Shown in pieces: positions 58,936-64,000 of a stretch of DNA of 64,000 nucleotides. The position numbers and the translations under genes were made by a program. The notes under the pieces are model-generated. The model searched no databases. It had not been told where the DNA came from and worked only from the letters and a program-made list of their open reading frames with translations. Location: assembly GCA_963716255.1 (NCBI GenBank), contig OY970303.1, forward strand, positions 1,664,001 through 1,728,000, written 5' to 3'. Each line of letters begins with the position of its first letter. Within the stretch, counting starts at the first letter, position 1. This stretch comes from an uncultured Gemmatimonadales bacterium (GTDB taxonomy: Bacteria; Gemmatimonadota; Gemmatimonadetes; Longimicrobiales; Longimicrobiaceae).

Positions 58936-59068
58936 GGGAACGGCCAGGGTACAGGGGACAGGTTACAGGGAACAGCCTGCAACGGACCGTACGGGCGGCG
59001 ACCGTATTTTGTTGCCGTGCTCCGCGCCCCCGGCACCGGGGAGACCGGGGAGCACCGTTTCGCTCCGG

Positions 59069-60196
59069 TCAGAAGCCGTAGCCGGAGGTCATCTCCCCCA
59101 GGCCCGAGGAGGAAGCCGCCGCGGGGCCGCCGCCGGCGAGCATGTTCAGCTTCAGCTCGAAGTCGCCCGGGTTGGTGGCGGCGGCCTTGGCGACCTGGTA
59201 GTCCACGCGGCCGTCCTGCACCAGCTCCATCAGGCACTGGTCGAAGGTCTGCGAGCCGTAGGTGGTGCGGCCCTCGGCGATCAGGTCGCGGATCTCCTCC
59301 AGCCGCTCCGGGTCCAGGATGGCGTCGCGGATGGTGCCGGTGACCACCATCACCTCGGCCGCCAGGACGCGCCCCGAGCCGTCCGAGCGGGGGAGCAGCC
59401 GCTGCGACACCACCGCCTGCAGCTGCTCCGACAGGCGGATGCGCACCATCTGCTGCTCGTGCGTGGGGAACACCGCCACCAGGCGCGAGATGGTGGAGGC
59501 CGCGTCGCGGGTGTGCACGGTGGAGATCACCAGGTGCCCCGTCTCGGCGGACTTGAGGGCGATGTCGATGCTCTCCGTGTCGCGCATCTCGCCGATCAGG
59601 ATCACGTCCGGGTCCTGCCGGAGCGCGGCGCGCAGCCCCACCTGGAAGGAGTCGGTGTCCATCCCGATCTCCCGCTGGGTGATGGACGAGTTGACGTCGC
59701 GGTGCAGGAACTCGATGGGGTTTTCCAGCGTGACGATGTGCCGCCGCATGTGCTGGTTCATGTAGCCCAGCATGGCCGCCTGCGAGCTGCTCTTCCCCGA
59801 GCCGGTGACGCCGGTGACCAGCACCAGCCCGCGCTCCAGCTCCGCGATGGTCCGCATCACCGGCGGCAGCCCCAGCTGCTCGAAGGTGGGGATCTCGATG
59901 GGGATCACCCGCATCACGATCATGAAGCTCCCCCGCTGGCGGAGGATGTTGACGCGGAAGCGCCCCACACCCGCGAGCCCCCAGGAGCAGTCGTAGTCCT
60001 GCAGGTCGTCGATGCGCAGCCGGTCGCGCTCGCTGGAGATCAGCCGCAGCGCGATCTCCCGCGTCTGCTCCGGGGTGACGCGCTGCTTGGTGAGCGGCAC
60101 CAGCGCGCCGTTGATGCGGGCCCGGAACACGTCGCCCGACTTGATGTGCAGGTCGCTGGCGCCGCGCTCCACCGCGGCCTGGATGATCTTTTCCAT
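59069..60196 (-). CDS. pilT: PilT/PilU-family ATPase
   Basis: ASDLHIK, GVTGSGKS, RQDPDVILIGEMRD, AETGHLV, SQRL. Confidence 0.85.
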   Translation of the reverse strand: MEKIIQAAVERGASDLHIKSGDVFRARINGALVPLTKQRVTPEQTREIALRLISSERDRLRIDDLQDYDCSWGLAGVGRFRVNILRQRGSFMIVMRVIPIEIPTFEQLGLPPVMRTIAELERGLVLVTGVTGSGKSSSQAAMLGYMNQHMRRHIVTLENPIEFLHRDVNSSITQREIGMDTDSFQVGLRAALRQDPDVILIGEMRDTESIDIALKSAETGHLVISTVHTRDAASTISRLVAVFPTHEQQMVRIRLSEQLQAVVSQRLLPRSDGSGRVLAAEVMVVTGTIRDAILDPERLEEIRDLIAEGRTTYGSQTFDQCLMELVQDGRVDYQVAKAAATNPGDFELKLNMLAGGGPAAASSSGLGEMTSGYGF

Positions 60197-60262
60197 GTGA
60201 AGTATTCCGGCCCGCCAGGGCCGGCAGAAGCGTTCGCGGCGGGGGCTGCGGTCGGCGCGCCG

Positions 60263-61303
60263 CTAGTACCCCGCGTGCTTGTCTACGGTGTTCAGCAGCG
60301 GCTCTCCGGCGAGGTACCGCCGGACGTTCTCGACCACGAGGTCGGTCTCGCGCCGCCAGAAGCGGTGGGAAGTGCCTGAAACATGGGGGGTCACGAGCAC
60401 GTTGGGAAGGTCCCACAGCGGCGACTCCGGGGGGAGCGGCTCCCGCGCGAACACGTCCAGCGCGGCGCCGCGCAGGCGTCCCCCGCGCAGCGCCTCCACC
60501 AGCGCGTCCTCGTCCACCACCCGGCCCCGGGCCACGTTCACCAGCACGGCGCCCGGCCGCAGCCGCTCCAGCTCCGCCCGCCCGATCATCCCCCGCGTCC
60601 CCGGCGTTTCCGGCACGGACACCACCAGCACGTCGCTGGCCTCCAGAAGGCGGCCCAGCGCGTCGTCGCCGCGCAGCAGCTCCACCCCCTCCGGCGCGTC
60701 CGCGGCGCTGCGCCGCACGGCCAGCACCCGCGCGCCCAGCGCCGCGAAGCGCCGCGCCGCCGCCCGCCCGATCCCCCCCAGCCCCACGATCCCCACCGCG
60801 AGCTCCTCCGTCTCGCGGAGCGGCGCGTCCGCGGCGTCGAAGGGCCCCTTGTCCCAGCGCCGCTCCGCCTGCGCCCGCACCGCGAAGTCCAGCCCCCGCG
60901 CGAAGTGCAGCGCCATGGCGAGAACCGTGTCGGCGATGGGCTCGGCGTGGATCCCGGCGGAGTTGGTGAGCACGACCCGCGAATCGCGCATCTCCGGGTA
61001 CAGCGCCCCGCCCACCCCCGCCGCGCCGGAGTGCACCCAGCGAAGCCCCTCGCCCGCCGCCCGGAACAGCTCGCGGGGGATGCCATAGCCAAGGTACACC
61101 TCCGCGCCGCGGACCGCCGCCAGCGCCTCCGGCGAGGGGCCGCCGCCGTCGCCGCGCCCGTCCGAGTCGGCGTCCACCCCCTTCGTCTCCCACCCGGCCG
61201 GGAAGGCGGCGCGGATCTCGGCGGTCGCCCACGCCGGCACGGTCCACAGGGGGCGCGTGTCCCGCAGGTCGATCACGGCGCGGCGGCGCGGGGCGTCAGC
61301 CAT
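60263..61303 (-). CDS. D-2-hydroxyacid dehydrogenase
   Basis: GLGGIG, VNVARG, ALDVF, EPLP, TPHVS. Confidence 0.9.
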   Translation of the reverse strand: MADAPRRRAVIDLRDTRPLWTVPAWATAEIRAAFPAGWETKGVDADSDGRGDGGGPSPEALAAVRGAEVYLGYGIPRELFRAAGEGLRWVHSGAAGVGGALYPEMRDSRVVLTNSAGIHAEPIADTVLAMALHFARGLDFAVRAQAERRWDKGPFDAADAPLRETEELAVGIVGLGGIGRAAARRFAALGARVLAVRRSAADAPEGVELLRGDDALGRLLEASDVLVVSVPETPGTRGMIGRAELERLRPGAVLVNVARGRVVDEDALVEALRGGRLRGAALDVFAREPLPPESPLWDLPNVLVTPHVSGTSHRFWRRETDLVVENVRRYLAGEPLLNTVDKHAGY

Positions 61304-62006
61304 TGCGGCGCACCCGGTGGACGCCCGGGCGGGCGAGGAGGTCGTCCAGCACCCGCTCGTGCCGGGGGAGCGGGCCGGAGGCGTGCAGCGTGGCCTCGAA
61401 GTGCCGGGCCGTCTTGTCCACCGCGTCCATGCGCACGCGCAGCCCCGCCCGGCGAAACGCCTCCTCCACCGCGCGCGGCAGCTCCGGATCGGGGTCCAGC
61501 CGGAAGGTGTAGCGCCGCCCCACCCGGCGGCGGGCGTGCGTGAACCGCTCCAGCTTCACCAGCACCAGCAGGGAGAACATCACCAGCACGGTGGTGCCCA
61601 CGGCCGGCAGGTACGCCCCCGCGCCCACGGCCATGCCGATGGCGGCCACCACCCACACGGTGGCGGCGGTGGTGAGCCCGCTGATGCGGCCGCGCGACTG
61701 GATGATGGTGCCCGCCCCCAGGAAGCCGATGCCGCTGACGACCTGCGCGGCGATGCGGCCCGGATCGGAGCGGAAGCCGGACCCGTCGGCGAGGGTGGCG
61801 AACCCCATGGACAGCTCGGTGAACAGCGCGGAGCCCACGCAGATGAGCAGGTTGGTGCGCAGGCCGGCGGCCTTGCCGGAGATCTCGCGCTCGAAGCCGA
61901 CGACGCCCCCCAGCACGGCGGCCAGGAGGAGCCGCCCCAGCAGGCCGAGCTGAAGGGCGTCCACCCACGCGGGGGGCAGGCCGAGGTCGATGAGGAAACC
62001 GTCCAC
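61296..62006 (-). CDS. MgtC/SapB-family membrane protein
   Basis: GFERE, AGLRT, DPGRIAAQVVSGIGFLGAG, GLTTAA; start uncertain (GTG 62006). Confidence 0.9.
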   Translation of the reverse strand: MDGFLIDLGLPPAWVDALQLGLLGRLLLAAVLGGVVGFEREISGKAAGLRTNLLICVGSALFTELSMGFATLADGSGFRSDPGRIAAQVVSGIGFLGAGTIIQSRGRISGLTTAATVWVVAAIGMAVGAGAYLPAVGTTVLVMFSLLVLVKLERFTHARRRVGRRYTFRLDPDPELPRAVEEAFRRAGLRVRMDAVDKTARHFEATLHASGPLPRHERVLDDLLARPGVHRVRRNG

Positions 62007-62170
62007 GGGACGTCCGTTGAGGCGTGACGGGGAGGTGACGGATCGCACGCGAATCTGGCCCGACGCGGGCGCGCCGGCAAGCGGGAAACCCCCGGAGCAC
62101 GGAACCTGCACTGCGGGACGGGGTTGATCCTTGCCGCGCACGTCGTGGCTCCCGAACCCCGCACCATCCG

Positions 62171-62776
62171 ATGTCCAGCAGGGCCCAGGCTATCGAACCC
62201 GATCCGGCGCCCCGGGCGCCGCAGGCCGCGCCGCCGCGGGCGGAGCAGCTCATAGAGACCCACAAGGCGTGGATCGCCGCGGCCGCCGGGATGCACTCCC
62301 GGCACACCCGGCGGCGCCCCCGCTACTTCCGTCCGCTGGCGATCTCCACGGGAATTGTCGCGGTGGCGCTGCTGCTGGTGTCGCTCGGCCGCGGCGGGGA
62401 GAGCCCGCGCGGCGCCGCCGACTTCGCCGGCGAGCTGATTCCCACCGTGGGCGCGGACGCCTCGCGCGCGGCGCCGAAGCGGGCCGCGCACGCGCTCCGC
62501 GGCGCCAAGGACGACGAGACGGGGAGCAGGCGCGGCGGGACGCGAGCCGCCGAGCGGAGGCGGGAGCCGGCGGCCGGCCGGCCGGAGAGTGATGCCGCGA
62601 GCCGCCCGGAGGAGCCGCGGCTCCCGGAATCGGCGCCGTCGCTCGCCGCCGCGTCCGGAGCCGCGCCGCAGGTGGTGGCGGACGCGCGGGCCGCGGCGGC
62701 GCCCGAACCGGCCGCGCCGCGCGCCGCGGACGCGCAGGGCCCCCGCACCGCCTCCGCCACGCCGGAGGTGCAGTAG
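62171..62776 (+). CDS. Hypothetical single-pass membrane protein, low-complexity C-terminus
   Basis: Hydrophobic stretch LAISTGIVAVALLLVSLG; fills the gap between mgtC and the repeat cluster. Confidence 0.45.
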   Translation: MSSRAQAIEPDPAPRAPQAAPPRAEQLIETHKAWIAAAAGMHSRHTRRRPRYFRPLAISTGIVAVALLLVSLGRGGESPRGAADFAGELIPTVGADASRAAPKRAAHALRGAKDDETGSRRGGTRAAERRREPAAGRPESDAASRPEEPRLPESAPSLAAASGAAPQVVADARAAAAPEPAAPRAADAQGPRTASATPEVQ

Positions 62777-62777
62777 G

Positions 62778-63265
62778 GGCCTCACCCGGCTCGCTTGAGG
62801 CTCGCCACCCGGGTCCTTCATCCGGTTCACGCGAAGCGTGAAGCGCCATTCCGGGGGAGGCGGCAACTACGGGAGCATCAAAAGCCAAGCCCTTCCCCCG
62901 CAAGCAGGGGAAGGGCTTTTTTTCGTGCGTGGAGCGGATCAGGAGCTGCGTCCGCGAGGGCCCCCACCCGGCGGCCTGAGAGCCGCCACCCTCCCCCGTT
63001 CCGGGAGAGGGGAATCTCCACGCTGACGATCCTCGCCCTCCGATGTGTCGTGCTCCCCCTTTCCCCCGCTTGCGGGGGAGAGGGGGCCGGGGGGTGAGGG
63101 GGCCGGCACCCGCGGACGCCAGCACGAGCCCCGCGTGGGGGATTTCGGCCCGAAGGGGCGAGACCCGGCGGGGCTGTTTCCGCCGGGTCTCGACTCCGTT
63201 ACGCACGGTTTTATCGTGCGTTGCGGAGCCGAAGCCCGACCCCGGCGCCCGCCGGGGGCACGCCC
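62778..63265. repeat. Mosaic: element B hairpins, element C (62816-62848, reverse), element A copy 13 (63133-63265, reverse)
   Basis: Inner stem ACGCACG-ATAAAAC-CGTGCGT. Confidence 0.9.
62887..62923 (+). terminator. Intrinsic terminator resembling an element B hairpin
   Basis: AAGCCCTTCCCC-CGCAAGCA-GGGGAAGGGCTT followed by a T run. Confidence 0.6.
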
Positions 63266-63286
63266 CAGCCCGCCGTCAAAGCCGTT

Positions 63287-64000
63287 TCAGCCCAGCCCCA
63301 GCACGTCCCGCATGGTGTAGACCCCGGCCGGCTTTCCCGCCATCCACCGCGCCGCGCGCAGGGCACCCTCCGCGAACAGCGCCCGGTCCTGCGCCAGGTG
63401 GACAAGCTCCAGCCGCTCCCGGTCGCCCAGGAACATCACGCGGTGCTCCCCCACCACGTCCCCGCCCCGCACCGCGTGGAAGCCGATCTCCCCCGCCGGG
63501 CGCGCCCCGGGCCGCCCGCTGCGCCCGTCGCACCGCACCGAGTCCAGCTCCATGCCGTGCCCGCGGGCCGCGGCGCGCCCCAGCTCCAGCGCCGTGCCGC
63601 TGGGCGCGTCCACCTTGCGGCGGTGGTGCGCCTCCACCACCTCCACGTCGTACGCCGGCCCCAGGACGCGCGCCGCCTGCTCAACCAGCGCGGCCAGCAG
63701 GTTGACGCCCACGCTGAAGTTGGCCGCCACCAGCACCGCCGCGGAGCGCGACAGCTCGTCCAGCAGCGCCTGCTCCGCGCCGCCCAGCCCGGTGGTGCCC
63801 ACCACCAGCGCCCGCCCCGCCAGCGCCCCGCCCTGCGCGCGCAGCAGCCGCGCCAGGAACTCCGGCGCCGAGAAGTCCACCACCACGTCCGCTCCCGCCA
63901 CCAGCCCCGCCGCGTCCTCGGGCGTCACCACCACCGGGCAGCCGATGTCGCAGGCGCGCTCCGCGTCGCCCTCGCGGTCCAGCCCCGCCACCACCTCCAC
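63287..64000 (-). CDS. dapB: 4-hydroxy-tetrahydrodipicolinate reductase (5' end outside window)
   Basis: VDFS, VGTTG, ANFSVG, EAHHRRKVDAPSGTAL, RGGDVVGEH, FAEGAL. Confidence 0.95.
   Translation of the reverse strand: MEVVAGLDREGDAERACDIGCPVVVTPEDAAGLVAGADVVVDFSAPEFLARLLRAQGGALAGRALVVGTTGLGGAEQALLDELSRSAAVLVAANFSVGVNLLAALVEQAARVLGPAYDVEVVEAHHRRKVDAPSGTALELGRAAARGHGMELDSVRCDGRSGRPGARPAGEIGFHAVRGGDVVGEHRVMFLGDRERLELVHLAQDRALFAEGALRAARWMAGKPAGVYTMRDVLGLG

Noticed and set aside
16460..63265. Element A as a CRISPR array or tRNA
   Set aside because: Copies are dispersed, not regularly spaced; no cas genes; no T-loop/D-loop consensus or CCA end.

Overview
Very GC-rich bacterial chromosome segment. 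SusC/SusD pairs in a high-GC background and the gene styles suggest Gemmatimonadota (Longimicrobium-like); this is inference only. (1) 1-28.8 kb: a Bacteroidetes-style pectin/galacturonate utilisation locus with GH105, GH28, uxaCAB-eda-kdgK-exuT, two SusC/SusD pairs, GH43, CE12 and a PL10-CE8 fusion, plus two paralogous ROK repressors and a recurring TTGTTC-N7-GAACAA operator-like palindrome. (2) 29-41 kb: a small ORF, a standalone B3/4 protein, a secreted 7xPPC + DUF4344-type metallopeptidase, Leloir genes galTEK/galM, pepE and an aldo-keto reductase. (3) 41-49.5 kb: purA-hisC-hisB-hisH-[IS5 with TIRs and CTAT TSD]-dapF(Ser/Ser variant)-hisF, plus a DinB gene. (4) 49.6-58.2 kb: a gas-vesicle gene cluster with no gvpN/gvpO/gvpC in the window, containing a cysteine-free tandem ArsA/GET3 ATPase and followed by a PAS histidine kinase. 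(5) 58.4-64 kb: DUF456, PilT-like ATPase, 2-hydroxyacid dehydrogenase, MgtC, a hypothetical gene and dapB. Many intergenic spaces hold mosaic repeats: 13 copies of a ~130-nt multi-hairpin element with strong compensatory base-pair changes, plus REP-like hairpins. One REP hairpin is translated in-frame inside the ArsA gene and another supplies the likely start codon of GH43.
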